Source: Hydrolagus affinis
Lineage: Eukaryota
Assembly: GCA_012026655.1 (NCBI GenBank)
Contig: JAAILG010000102.1
Coordinates: 1-64,000, forward strand
Direction: 5' to 3'
DNA length: 64,000 bases
Positions 26,363-39,395 of this stretch are shown here, one piece after another; the stretch's first letter is position 1, and each line of letters begins with the position of its first letter. The position numbers and the translations under genes were made by a program. The notes below the pieces were generated by a model. It was not told the origin of the DNA and searched no databases. It saw only the letters and a list, made by a program, of their open reading frames with translations.

Positions 26363-26599
26363 ATCTACACATTGAAATCCCAGGGATACATTGTTGGAAT
26401 GGAATGGACACTCTCCCCTGAGGGACGCATCCTGCTTATGTACTTCTGGAAAGAATTAAGACAGGTTGGCAAGAACCAAGGCTTGGGGATCCCAGAGTGT
26501 GCCTTGGGGTACTTGCTGAGTATAACCAGCCAAAACTGCATAGCTTGCCATTGATATTGCTATCAGGGAAACTTTCCCGCTGCTTGTCCACCTAGGACC

Positions 26600-26855
26600 A
26601 CCCAACCCGTTAGGGTTTTGGCTTGCTCAGCTCTTTTAACAGGAGCTGAGTGGAATGATTCCCTGCCCCAGTGACTGGTCTGCTCTTCCAAGTCCTGATG
26701 ATTAGGCGTGCTGGCTGTGCTGTCGTCAGCAGTGGCCTGGAATATTGCGGACCTCAGAAACCAGATTACCACAGAGGGCCACAGAGGGCTGGCTTGATTC
26801 CGACAATCCATTGTGGATTGAAAGACGTTATCTAAATACAAGTTGCCATTGTTGA
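26600..26855 (+). mobile_element. Decayed L2-like 3' end
   Basis: Ends GAAAGACGTTATCTAAATACAAGTTGCCATTGTTG, similar to the L2 tail. GGCTGTGC...CTGGAAT resembles the GRAFS...WN region. Confidence 0.45.
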
Positions 26856-27383
26856 TCTCCTGCATAGAAATTCTAATATCTTATTTCAAATTTTTGTGTG
26901 TCTCTTCAAAAAAAAACTGCTTAAAGTAAATAACTTAAAACATGAATTATGCTGCCTGTGTGGAAGGTGTTATATACATATTATTTGTTGATGTTATGCT
27001 GCCAGTTTATTCAACCGTTAAGGGTGCTATCTGGAATGCACAGAAGGCTACGATTGACATCAATTTTCTGCAGCTAAAAGAGAAAAATGAGTCAAAAATC
27101 CAGGCTTCTGAAATCTCATCAGATAACTAAGCTGTAGGTGTGAGGATATCAGGCAATGCCATTATTGCTTTCAAAAGCCCCCCCACCGACCAAAAAATCC
27201 TGCTGTTGCTTACTATCTAGGTTTACCCATTAGAGGTGGTCATTTGGACAAATTGCAAGTTACAAAAGGTAATTTTGTGGCTACTAATAATACTCAGCAT
27301 GTGAAACTCTTTATCCCTCCCACCTGTCTCATTTCCTCTACTTATTTTTCCAACAGATGTGATAGACTAGCTGTCACTCTAGA

Positions 27384-27393
27384 ATATATATAT

Positions 27394-27427
<34 letters not shown>
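27384..27427. repeat. (TA)n microsatellite
   Basis: Directly visible in the sequence. Confidence 0.9.
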
Positions 27428-27433
<6 letters not shown>

Positions 27434-27989
27434 AGTATACTCTCATTTGACCATGAGCAAAATATAGATCAGTGCCCATTCAACAGCAGAGCAAGATACC
27501 AGTTTGCAACTCGCAAACCATTTTAATCCTTCAATGTTACGTGTTTCTGTCTCCTTACCTGATGTGGTCATTTGTAGCCTACTGTACTCTTCTCTAGTTC
27601 ATGACTATCTACTTGTCTGTACCAAAGAGACATTTTAATCAATTTCTCGTGACTGTAGTTCAAGTAACTGGTTTTGATGAAGGAAAAGTCAATGTAATGC
27701 AGACAAGCTGGAAAAACAGAGCTTCTTGCCAATTGGCGAGTACATTTCAAGATGTTTTTAACTGCAAGAATAAACACCAAAGCACAGTATTGAAGAATAC
27801 TCTGCAAACGTTTTCTTAAATCTTACTAATTTGAGGTTTCAATGAAGATCAAAGAGGAAATGGAGTTAATGTTTGAGTATGTGTTCCAGGTAATCGGAAA
27901 CTTTAATGTCATGCCATAAAAATTTATACCAACATCCATAACTATTTTATGGATTCTTTTACAGTCGATATTTAAAAACAGATAGTGTT

Positions 27990-28070
27990 TTTTGGGGGGT
28001 GAGCCGGATATCTGACACATGCGGAAACTCCTCACCACACTTAAGAGCATCCAAACCAAACAAAGTTCCA
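27990..28070 (+). repeat. Dispersed ~80-bp repeat C, copy 2
   Basis: Similar to 25983-26065. It lies within weak inverted ends near 27896 and 28128. Confidence 0.75.
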
Positions 28071-29560
28071 TGCATCCCACGAGTATGATGTCAAAAATGT
28101 TTGAATTTTTGGCAACGTTAAACTTCCACATATAAGTGGACCTCAGTGACAGTCTGATACAAAAAGAACAACAATTTAGAAAGACAGAATGATCAGCAGT
28201 GCTTCTTAAAACTTTTATCTGAATAAACGGCTAATTTATTATCTCAATAGAATGAGAACTTTGTGAGAAGTGTTAAAGATATTACTCTCAACCAATGGCA
28301 AAGAAGTGCATGGTTCCACAGATTACTGGAATTTTGATGAGCACTGTAAACTAATCATTTCATCTGCCACTTTATTAAAGAATTAAAATCTTCATCAGTT
28401 GCTGGAGCACTTGTCTGCAGGATCTATTAACCCTGAGACATTGCAGATCATCTTATGAAGCCAATAATTGCTTCACCTGCACTATTATGATTTTCAAATT
28501 GAAAATTTATTCACAGTCTCAGTATTTTACCTCCGTAAGGCTTGGGTCTGGCACATCAATGAGGTACTTGATTCTAAATCATCAGGTGTTGCTATTTGAT
28601 AAGATGATCCCTTTCTAAACCTGTTTTTGTCGCTTTAAGGTGTCCTTCCGTATCCATCAGCTTACATAAATATATACCATATAAATTGTTGTCATTTTGA
28701 TTTATGCTGAAATAAGTTAATGCATCAGCAATGCTCTTTATTAATATCTTTCTATAGTTAATTGTTAAGGTCAGAAATACATCCACAAGTGATATCACAA
28801 GTCAATAAGTCAATAAGTGCCGTAGTTTTTATGTTTTCACCTACTCGCAAACTTATGTACAAATAGATCAAATGATTTAATTGTATGAATATAACAAAAA
28901 AAAACTCCCTCCCTCTTTCATTTTCCACTCACAATGCAGACAAAAAAAAAAGATCAGCACACTTGTCCTGTGGCTTGTGCCAAATCTTAACACACGCAAT
29001 ACACTTGGAAGAGACAAGCAAAATTGTAGGAGGCAGCCCTAGAATTGTCACAAAAGAGCTAATGTTCTTAGTGGTTCTGAAGATATCCTTTCAAATCTTC
29101 AAGTACAGTGAAGAGCCTGGCCAGACATGGCTCAGATAAAAAGTAAAACTTTTTTTTTCACTTAATGAACACATTGACGCACCACATTGAATAGTCATGC
29201 TGCCAAAGATACTTGGACTTAATATTACATTTTCTTTTGTATGGCTTCAATAAGGAAACAATAATTAGCAGTGACAAGTATCCAATCCTCCTTGACTCTT
29301 TATTTTCCATCTATGCCTGTGTTGATTTATCACTTTCTCCTCCAGGTTAAATTGTAAAGTCGGGCTGATCCTTAGTTCCATTTTTCGCCCATTTTTCTCC
29401 AAAATTTTATTTTAACATGGAAACTCAGAGGAGAGCACTGAAAAAATGCAAATAAGAGTCTTTACAAAATAAACTGCAGATTCGATGAATACCAGAAAGC
29501 TCAGGTAGGAATGGCACCAGTAAGGTAGCATTCATTCATGTCATGAAAGTCATATTCCAT

Positions 29561-29947
29561 TAAACTCACGTAAGTCGTGTCAGTCAGGATCATAACGTTT
29601 AACATAACCTGCGTGAAGTCCAATTTACAGTCAAAATTGTGGGAGTCACATAAGAATCACAGGAAATGAAGTTCTTCTACACCTCCATCAACAGATCAAA
29701 ACTACCTTTCCTGTAAGTCCATGCAGCTGGTAAATTTGTATGTTTCGAACGGCCAGGACATAATTTTCCACGATTTATTGCATGCAGCCGGAAAGTGCAA
29801 GCATAATGGAGGAAAGGTGAACGTTGTCATGAGTTAGAAGGGTATAAATACGTAGTAGAAAGAAATCGTAGTAGTTTGACAGGGAACTGAATAGGACACA
29901 GAGAATTGTACGATTTATAAAGATACGATTTATGACTTAAGTTGTAC
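29561..29947 (+). mobile_element. Non-autonomous TIR element, family B copy 2
   Basis: TAAACTCACGTAAGTCGTGTCAGTCAGGATCATAACGTTTAAC matches the 6514 start and the reverse complement of 34100-34148. The 3' part TTTGACAGGGAACTGAATAGGAC matches the reverse complement of 33946-33968. Confidence 0.75.
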
Positions 29948-32799
29948 TGTATTTTTTTAGGGAGACTGGGTGCCCCAGTTTGCAACCCAGTTCCTTTCAT
30001 CTCTGTAATCTGTGTAGGAATTCAGACCAGATACAAGGCATATAAAAGATATGTATTTCTAAGCGCTATAAAGGGTCTAATGCAAAATTAGTTTAGACAG
30101 CCTCAATTCTCTTCCCAGTAAACACAAGTCAACAGCAGAAAACTGCCTATAATTCACCACTAATTGGGTGATCTTGCAAAGAACGGCCATAAGGATAGAT
30201 GGTGTGGGAATTGGAAATGTCATAATGGTGCAATGAGGGACATTATTCAAAGCCTGTGGCTGAAGCACATTTTTGGAATAGGATTGTGTGTGTGTTAATG
30301 TTTGTTGTGGTACAGGGAATAAATGTCTCTTCATTTAATATAGCTCACAAATAAGTTGTTACTGGATACAATGAGAAAAATACACATCATCATCTTAAGC
30401 ATATACAAAGAATTATTGTGCCCTTCTACTGGACTCCATATTTTACAAATGGTTTGACCTGTATCCCCCCACCCTCCTCCCCCACGCCCCAGATTGTCCC
30501 TTTCTTGCAAAATAATTCAGCAAAATCTAACATTTTCGAAAACAAATGAAATTACAAAAGAATATAAAAGCATTTTCAATGATTTTTCCAGTGAACTGGA
30601 AATAGTTTAGTCTCTAGTAGTACTGTACAAAGATTTGGTCACTTTTCTAACCTTTGCCTCTCCTAAAGCTCTGACATTTGGGTAGGTTCAGTTCTGTGGA
30701 TGCCTGCAACCATTTGATACCTCCAAATAGCCAACCTTCAAGTGTGCCTTGTGTAATGCATGTCTATTCAATAAACAGGCAATTCAATTGCGCTACAGAA
30801 GAGCCGAAGTTCTCTCTCTCCAGAGCTGGGAATATTAAGGCCAATTGTAGTATTCCAGTCTATTTTCGGAGGAAAAAGAAAGGATAGTATATCCTTCATG
30901 ATAATATTCTCAATGGACTGGAGATGCATAGATACTGTACTTAGGAATAAAGAATCATTAACATCTTTAAATGTGGGTGTTCAAATAGACAAGATGCATG
31001 AAACAAGGAAAACATTTTTATAGATTTTATAAGCAGTGGTGAATTAAACAAGAGCACACTTGTTGAGCAGAGAAAGATAAGAGGAATCCAATAAAGATTT
31101 TCAAAATTAGACATGAAAAAAATTACTTCATTATTTTCACAGAGGGAAAGAATGCAAAATGTTTGACCACAAATGGCTATTATAGCCAAGTGAATCCTGA
31201 CATTTGAAAGGCATCTGATAATATTATTGAGGTAGGATAATATTAAAGTTTAGGGAAAACTGGAAATTATATTGAAGCTTTAGTGGAGGAGCGAGCACCA
31301 GCATAAACATAGTGGGGTAAGTGGGCTCCATATGTGCTGTAAACTTGTCCATTGATTCTATCTGCTGTCTTGCAGAAATCAGGGACCCTAGATAAAATAG
31401 GGAATTGAACTTGTAACCTAGTGGTCTATATATGTTTGGTAAATTCAGCAATGAGAATTCAATAGGCCTTTTTCAAATGGTCCCTGACTATCTCTGGGTG
31501 GTACATTGGTTGTGTGACCAGCTCTTTAATAACATTAAAAAATTATCACCAAGTTTCATTGCTCTGAGGACATGCTTAGCTGCAAAATCGTAGAACTTCA
31601 ATATCCACTGTTAATGTAACAGCCCGTGACCAATCCAATGAAGGATAGTAAGTATAAATCAGACTTACCGCTCCACTTCGCTCTACTGGAAATGAGATTA
31701 CTTCATTTCCAGCAGTATAAACAAAGCATGGGAATTTCCACAGCACTGCTTGAGAATCAGGGCACTGGTTTTGTGTTTCTGAATAAATAAATATACCGTA
31801 GGTCTCTTACCTGCTGCTCCTTTTGACATTTATTTCAATAAGTCCACCCTGAAATACAAATCAATGCAACTTGCATCAATATCTTAATTGTGTCAGTCAA
31901 ATGGCAAGTTTTTATTTTAAATAAAGAAAGCTCTTAAGCTACAAAGCTGAACACAATCAGTTTTGGGCAATCCTATTTTCAACAAAACTGCGTGTTGCAT
32001 TTATCATTTAAATAGCAGAAATTCTGTGTTGGTGGTATTATAAGCTAAAACAAACTCCAGGGTGACAGTTCATTCAGTCCTTGGAAAAATGAATGAAGCC
32101 AATTGCACTTAGTCCATATTAAAAGCAATGAAAGATATTAAAATTTGACATAAACCTTTTTCCCATCACAGTATTTTAATTTTGGGAGGAAATTTGAAAT
32201 TGACATTTAAATGGTGGCAAGGCATTCTCATTTCTGCCTTATAAAACAGCCTGTGAAAATGTACAATTATGCTGTCATTCTTAGCACTGCGCATTGCTCA
32301 GAGTTTAATTATTAATGTGTTTCCCTCAGAGAATGACTCGATCATGTCACAACTCTGGACAAATACAACTAATGCAAAGTCATAAAATATTCACTTGAAC
32401 ACTGCTGATCTGACAGGAAATTAATTTCAAGAACACTTTTTATATTACCAGAAAATTAGTTCTAAGCGCATAAGACTCAAAACGAATGTGTTTATAATCT
32501 CCTCAAGGGTAATATACCACATGGAATAAGATGCTAGATTATCACAAATGTCTCCAGGATAATATTTTGTGAATGAAACAACACATTTTACTTAAAATGA
32601 GCATTCTTTAATCCTCCACACTTTTTTTTCAAACTACAATGTTTGAAGCAAGATGATTACTTGTATACAAATGTATTCTTTAATAGTTTATGTAAAGTAC
32701 ATCACAATGTATAGATACTGTGTTGTTAACTATTCATTAAGATGACCAGCTTTTTTTAAAATTTATTTTCAGCTGTGATTTGTTGTTCTTTGTTATTCT

Positions 32800-33270
32800 T
32801 CACTCAAAGTGACTCCATTTATTGCTGCCAGTACCACAACACGGGATCACTTAAAAGTTCTGATTGATGAAGAGGAGGGAGAGAATATTCTTAAAACAAC
32901 TCCAACTGAGGAAGCTTCCACAATTAATCACAACATCTTGTTCAAAGTCTGGAATACATGGAAAGCTCTGGCTCTCCACTTTCTAAACTGGGACTTGCAG
33001 AGAGAGACTGCTCTAGTGCGTATTTTAAGAAAACATACCCTGGAGGGATACAGTTCCTTGAGTCCTGTGGGATACACACCTCTGAGCTTCAAGTTTGAAA
33101 CAAAGGATGGTTTTGCAGTCTGGGGACTGACACATTATGCAGCGTATCCTCACTTCTTTTGGGAACCTTCACTCTCGGAACCCGATTCAACACCCTGAAT
33201 TTTCACTGTTCGTCTCTCACTACTTTCTAAATGCCCGTTTCGATATTGTCCTTGTAAAACATATTTTTAC
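32800..33270 (+). mobile_element. Highly decayed L2-like RT fragment
   Basis: ORF 32809-33198 has degenerate RT motifs in the expected order: TINHNILF (cf. DTIDHNILL), a PQGS.LGP-like remnant and HYAAYPHF (cf. YADDTQLY). Confidence 0.45.
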
Positions 33271-33879
33271 ACATTGGATGGAATTTGGTAAATTACATTA
33301 CAAACAAGCCTTCGATCTGTCTGAAGGTCTGTTCACACTAGCTCCTATTTTTACAGCACACTGCTTGTCACTGAACTGAAAAGAGAAGTGCTTTGACAGG
33401 AGACCCGAGACATGGCAATAATGGTTTCATTTAGATTTTTTTTCAGAAGCAGTTGACCAGATGCTCTCTTGTTATTCTCTACACTGCACAGAATGACTGG
33501 GTTTAGATATCTATAGCAAATTGGCTATGTGAAATGTAACAGGTATTACAGTATACGGTATAAAACACTGTTGGAAAAAAGCAAGCAGAAGTCAGATGAC
33601 AGTTTTAAAGCTCTCTTCTGCACCATTTTAGATGGTAAATTTATTTTTCACAATGAAAGTTAAACTGCAGAAGTGAATTGATGGGTATTTTTACTACACC
33701 AGATCCTTATTGTCATGGCCAGAATACCATGTTCCATCAAACTTCAGCAGAGTGAATATCAGAAACCCAAACACACAGATGCAGGGTGGCCTAGTGTCTC
33801 CATTCTAGACACAGAATCTAATTTATCAGTAATACTGGATGAGAACACAATACGCATCAAATGGCAGCATTTCTTTGCA

Positions 33880-34150
33880 CAGGTAAACTCCCACAAGTCA
33901 TCTCGTTATAAATCGGATAATCACACCCGTCGTACTTACAACTCAGTCCCAATCAGTTTCCTGTGAAAATAGACACTTGGTGCAATGGTAGCATTCTCGC
34001 CCCTTGATAGCACTAACATAATGTTACAAAAGACAAATTTATACGTCACTTTGAATAAGTGGTGTTACGCTGACTGATGCAACTTGTATTTTGTGAAAGT
34101 CGTATTAAATATTGTAGTCCTGACTGATACGACTTGTGCAAATTTACTTG
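33880..34150 (-). mobile_element. Non-autonomous TIR element, family B copy 3 (internally shorter)
   Basis: TIRs CAGGTAAACTCCCACAAGTCAT and ACGACTTGTGCAAATTTACTTG match at 17 of 22 positions. Both subterminal regions match 29561-29947 in reverse. Confidence 0.75.
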
Positions 34151-34490
34151 TATTTATATAACATCTTTCATCTTGGTATGGTCTCAAAGTGTTGTCCAGA
34201 GACAGAGAACAGAAGGAAGGTTCTCCCAATGTCCTAGCCATTTTAGATGATTTTCGACCCACAGATATACAATCACTACACTTCACAGTAAAAATCCCGT
34301 GAAGCATTTTGAGACATCTTGACAATATGATGTAAAATGCAAGAAATTATTACAAAATGGAAACTCAATCAAAGTGACAAATGGAAGAGGAAATAGGGAA
34401 TCGATTGAAGACATGGTTGAAGAGTAGGTTTTTAGTAAGAGTTTTGAAAACAGAGAAAGAATATGGAAGGAGGAGGAATTTGAGAGTGTC
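34147..34490. mobile_element. Minus-strand L2 3' remnant with a plus-strand SINE tail (~34255-34352) inside it
   Basis: A minus-strand tail (CTTGTATTTATATAACATCTTTCA...TCTCAAAGTG), then a plus-strand SINE tail (GTGAAGCATTTTGAGACATC...ATGCAAGAAATTATT), then a purine-rich L2 minus body. Confidence 0.55.
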
Positions 34491-35207
34491 AGCCAATCAC
34501 TATTTTTGGCCAAATCTACAAAAAGTTCCATATCTTTAACGAACAAAACTCAAGGGTATACAGTTCACTGATGCATTTTGTCGTATCATCAAACAACATA
34601 AATGAGTGTTTGTAACATTGCCAATCTCTATCAAATGTTCAATGAAATCTTTTGAATGATGTGAAATTTTGATAATGTTCTTAATGGACACGAAGAAAAC
34701 ATCACCATCTGCACAAAAATTTATATTTCTGCAAAAGGGCAAAATGTGTGGGAGAATCTCTCAGAGGTAAACAGTATTGGGCTTGGAGGAAGATAGCCAT
34801 CATGCGATAATTTCAAATCTGTTTATGGAACCGGAATAAAATGTGGAGAAAGGAGGCATGGAACAAAGTATCAGTGAAAATCACAAACTTCTAAGTCAAA
34901 TATATAAATATTTTGGTAAATATATTCCCGAGCTTCTCTCATTCACACTGGCCAAATGTGGTATCACATTACTTTATATCCTAAGATTTTATTCCTGTAG
35001 GTAAACAAAAAGGACAGGATGCTGTAATGAGTCTTCTTTGTTTCAGAAAAAGTGCAAGAGCAGCCATGATATAAAATAAATCAGACAGTGTAAGTAATAC
35101 ATATTAAAACTATGGTCGTTTCACCAATATCCCTGGAGACTGTCTGCCAAAATTTTAGAAGGACTCATTCCGTGAAGGATCCTTCACAAAGTGGTACTGT
35201 GCAATTT

Positions 35208-35284
35208 GGTGGTGGTGGTGGTGGTGGGGTGGGGGGGGCGGGGGAGAGAGGGGAGGAGGGGGGAGGGGGTTGAGGAGGTGGGGG
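35208..35284 (+). repeat. (GGT)n plus G-run tract with G-quadruplex potential
   Basis: GGTGGTGGT...GGGGTGGGGGGGGCGGGGGAGAGAGGGGAGGAGGGGGGAGGGGG contains more than four G-runs of at least 4. Confidence 0.85.
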
Positions 35285-37965
35285 CGCAGTGAAAGGAACA
35301 CACCTGTCTGAGGACTAAACATAAGACTTATGTGTTCACAGGAACCAGAGATCGTAAGGCTGCTCTGAATGCACTCATCCTCCTGTTGCTTCATGGAGGA
35401 GGCTCTCTGATCCTTCACCAAGATTGTTCACCTGCCGTGCCCAGCAAGCATGGCCCAGTTACATCATTTGTATCAGTGACTTGTCACAGATTCCAGTGAT
35501 CCACAGATTTGCATTTATGCACGCAAACAACATCACTCATTATGCTCCACATGTCGCAGAAGGACGGAAGGGCCCACGCCTGTACTTTCAGACACTGCTG
35601 TGCTCTTTGTCCTCCACCTGCCAATGTGGATTGTGCAACCCATAAAAGCCCCTCCGATGGGTCCAACCATCTGTTTTCTCCTGACACGCAGGGATGCAGT
35701 TTCTCCCCTGGATTCTGGGTGTTTGCAGGGGTTCTTTCTCCTGATGAGAGATGTCGACATCTGTGCATGAGATGTCTTTGTTGCTTTCTGAAACCTGTGA
35801 TGTCTATGTGCATTGACTCAAAGGTAAATGCAGAGAACTTCATCTGGAAAGACATAACAGACAGCTTATATGATTACACTTTGAACTCTGCATGGACTTC
35901 TGTGTGAGGTAAAGCTGCTGCAAAAGACAGAAAATCACTGCTTAAATGATTTACTTGGAACACAATAATGAAGGTCACTGGATGTTATCAGACAAGGACT
36001 TCCAGGACTCCACACAGTGGCCGGTGTCATTAAAACAGTGAATGTTATGGACTTGATAATGAAAATAAATATTTTCAATGTGCAAATGATGTGTAAAAAA
36101 AAATTAATTATTTACCAAGATCTGCAACAGCTTCAGATGAAGAGGCAGCGTTGGCACATCCACCTGTGACTGGATCCATTAGTGTGTTTTTTAACACAAG
36201 CCGAAGACAAAGTCCAAGTGAACGGGTGATGTTTTTCTTAACCCCATCATCTCACAGTTCATGAAGCACAATGTAGGAGGAAACGCGCATCTGTTACCAA
36301 GTTTCACCCTTCTTCTCTCCTGAGCAGTTCTAATTTAAAACTTGCTGAACTTGATTCTCTCGTGAAATAAATGTTATACGATAATTATCGCATGCAGCAT
36401 TTTTCACTCTAATGATAGATGTCTCTGCATATTTTAGAGTAATGAGCTCTTCGCTGGCCTGTGCCTCAACACAGACCTGTAGAGCGCACAGAGTTGGTTT
36501 TGCATGCCAAGGAATACTTGATTTCCCACATTTGATCATCAATGCATCTTGTCGAAGCATGTCATTTCTCGATCGCCATTTCCTGTGTTTACCATAAACA
36601 CAGTAAATCATATCCTTTGCATGTATAAATATAGCAAATTTGAGGATCAAATAACTTCAGATAGCTCAAATTTCCACCAACAGCATTAATAAAACCAGTG
36701 AAGCAGAGAATGGAGTGCAACTGGGTGAGCAGTAACCGTGTGCTGCAAAAATTGAAAATATGGTTTAAAGTACCTTAACGCCCACCAGCCAGAAAATAGC
36801 CCTCTTTATCTCTTCTAATATTGTTTCAGTTCCTTCATATAGCCAGATTCAATAAATCCTTTAAGCACGTACCACATCAATGATTGATGAACAGTCCACA
36901 TTCAGAAAACATTTGCTGAGAATCTAACAGAAATGTAAAAAAAGAAACAAATGATAGAATTGTTAATGATAATAACTTCCCAATTATTTGTTTTTTCAAT
37001 AAGGGTGGTCTTAGTGATAGGGCAGATTAGATTTTATCATTGCACGCAGCAGTATAATGGCTGAAATGGTTTTGTTCTTCCTGTACTATCTTATGTTCTA
37101 CCATTGACTCACCCGCCCGAGGTGAACCTGCAGGGTTCACCCTTCAGATTGGTCTTGCCTCCTTCATTACATGGATGGCTTTGCTTCAAAGAAAAGCAAC
37201 AATTATTTTAATTGATGTAAAACAAGAGTCTAAAGCTACATGCTATTATTTTTTTCAGAATCAATTGCAAACAAATTGCCTTGGAAATAATTATTTTTAA
37301 AAAGTGATAGGGCGAAAAATTAAGCAGGATGTCAGTGGCCAAATAAGAGCCTTGAGTGAAATAAACAATGAGTGATCAGTTCAGTGAACTGAATAATAAA
37401 AGGAAGATCTATCATCTTATGTATTTATCCTTGTTAATGAGATAGAGGGGTGGCTGGCATTTCTCCTGCAGTGCAGACTTTTTTTTTATCAGGCAGTTCT
37501 GCATGAACACAAAGCTAGATCATGAAAAATAAAAGCAGACTGAAAGGCTTTAAACACAGCAGGGTTAAGATAAGCATAAAGTAGCCCTTTATTAGACAAG
37601 ACATTTGAGAACAAAACTCCTGTAATATACAATGAATGCAAGATTTGAGCTTTGATTGAATGACTTTACATGACACTTTTTTTTTGCTTTTGGGGCTTGT
37701 TAACATGAATCAATCATTCAGATAAGCATATTTGGCTTGGGTGATTCAACATCACAACGTTAAAATTCTAAATTGTGATGTTTCAAATCTGCCCGGGATC
37801 TCAAAACTGAAGAATCGGAAATTTACCAAATGTGAGTGTGTGGTGGACTCCAGGTAGATAAAGGTATGCCCTTCTCTAGAATCTGCACATTGCTTATATT
37901 AAGGCATCAGGTGAATGGTTCCCTGAAAGTTCAGCTGCTTTGTATCCTTTATCCTAATTATGCTG

Positions 37966-38065
37966 GATGTCAACTTGGCTTAGTTAGCAGCACTCTTGCC
38001 TGTGAGTCAGAAGTTTATTGGTTCAATCCCTGTGTGGGGAATTTGATCTCGTAGTTTAGGCTGAC
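37966..38065 (+). mobile_element. 5' head of an old SacSINE1-like Deu-SINE
   Basis: TGTCAACTTGGCTTAGTTAGCAGCACTCTTGCCTGTGAGTCAGAAG...GGTTCAATCCC...TAGGCTGAC. It also resembles the head of the 46470-46830 copy. Confidence 0.7.
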
Positions 38066-39038
38066 CATGAAAACTATGCAATGTTCTTCCAGTTGTACTG
38101 ATACCACAAGGGCCAAAATAAAAAAAATGAGGCAAATATGCTTCATAATTGAAGTATTTGAGAAATCCTATGGGGAAGGTATTTCACGAGATACAAGTGA
38201 GGTTCATGTGGAGTTTGCCCTTTCAGCCCATTTGTTCTCATTCTTTCAGAAGACCAATCCTGTCATCTTCTATATCTACACATTGACTGCATTGCAAAAT
38301 TATTAGACTTCAGATCCCCACAATTCGTGCTCTAGTCAGTTGCCCTTGGTTTCAAATGGTAACCAAGGACTCACAAAATAGAAATGCCTTTTAGTCATTT
38401 GCTCTGCAAAAATAACAGGAACATGATGAACAAACAGGCTGTGTTCAGGATGAATGATTATGTACTGAATCCATGTATCAGTTAGAAAATCATTTTCTGG
38501 ATGTGTTGCAGGGTGATACATTGGTGAACATTAATGCGTTTCTAATTCAGAGATGCTAGCAATAGTGCTTTTATTTCAAATCATAATTAATATGCAGTGA
38601 GAGCACTCAAATATATACATATAAAAAGAGGGTTTTGGTGTTCAAGCAGCCATTTGCTGCAAACACAAGTGATGTATTACTATTGCAAGGGAAGTCTTTT
38701 TAACTTTCAGACAGTGAACAAGACCACATACTGAACTTAGAGAGATGAGCATTTCTGTGAATAATGCATGTTAGCATTAACTTGGACACAAGTTGAATCA
38801 ATTTGTCTCAATTAACCTTGAAATGTTTTATTTAAGGAATAAAACTATGAAACTGGACTAAAACCCAGACAAGTATCTGCCTTTGAGCTCATTATTGTTA
38901 GTGAATCTCCATGGGAGATGGTATTGACGCTCATCTGATGAGCACACAGGCAATAAATAGCATGGATTTAGAAGCATCAGATCCTGCGTAACAAATCTGC
39001 AGTCATTGTTTCAGGACATATCACACTTAGTTGTTCTG

Positions 39039-39395
39039 GATGCAATCAATTTAGATTTTCAGAAGACATTTGATCAAGTTCCACGTACTGCATAATACAC
39101 ATGGAATTTATGTCAAATAAAATATAGTATGTGAATTGAAAGCTGTCACGGCAGGAGAGAACAGAAGATAAGCTCAGGGTTAGAGGGAGCGGTGACTCGG
39201 GGAGTTCTGCAGATTGTTGAGTTGGGTAGAGTCCTTTTTGGCAGGAACAAGGTTTGATGAATGAAGGAATTTTTTCCATTTCATGGTTTCTAATGTTCTT
39301 GCGTATATTTCGAATCCAGTGGTCAGGCGAAGAAAGATAGGTGGCAGTGACTTAACACAAAGTAGTTCAATCAAAGTGTTCTGATGACACCATAA
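39039..39395 (+). mobile_element. Decayed CR1 RT fragment
   Basis: 39039-39086 translates DAINLDFQKTFDQVPR (cf. DVIYLDFQKAFDKVPH). 39374-39391 translates KCSDDT (cf. KFADDT). Confidence 0.7.

Noticed and set aside
31686-31712. Short hairpins (also 3761-3793, and 9-bp inverted repeats at 8328/8452)
   Set aside because: The stems are too short to separate from chance or decayed MITE debris.
35172-35187. Perfect 16-bp palindrome GTGAAGGATCCTTCAC
   Set aside because: About one such palindrome is expected by chance in 64 kb.
35424-35907. Cys-rich 123-132 aa ORFs
   Set aside because: No recognisable domain. ORFs overlap on both strands, consistent with locally higher GC.
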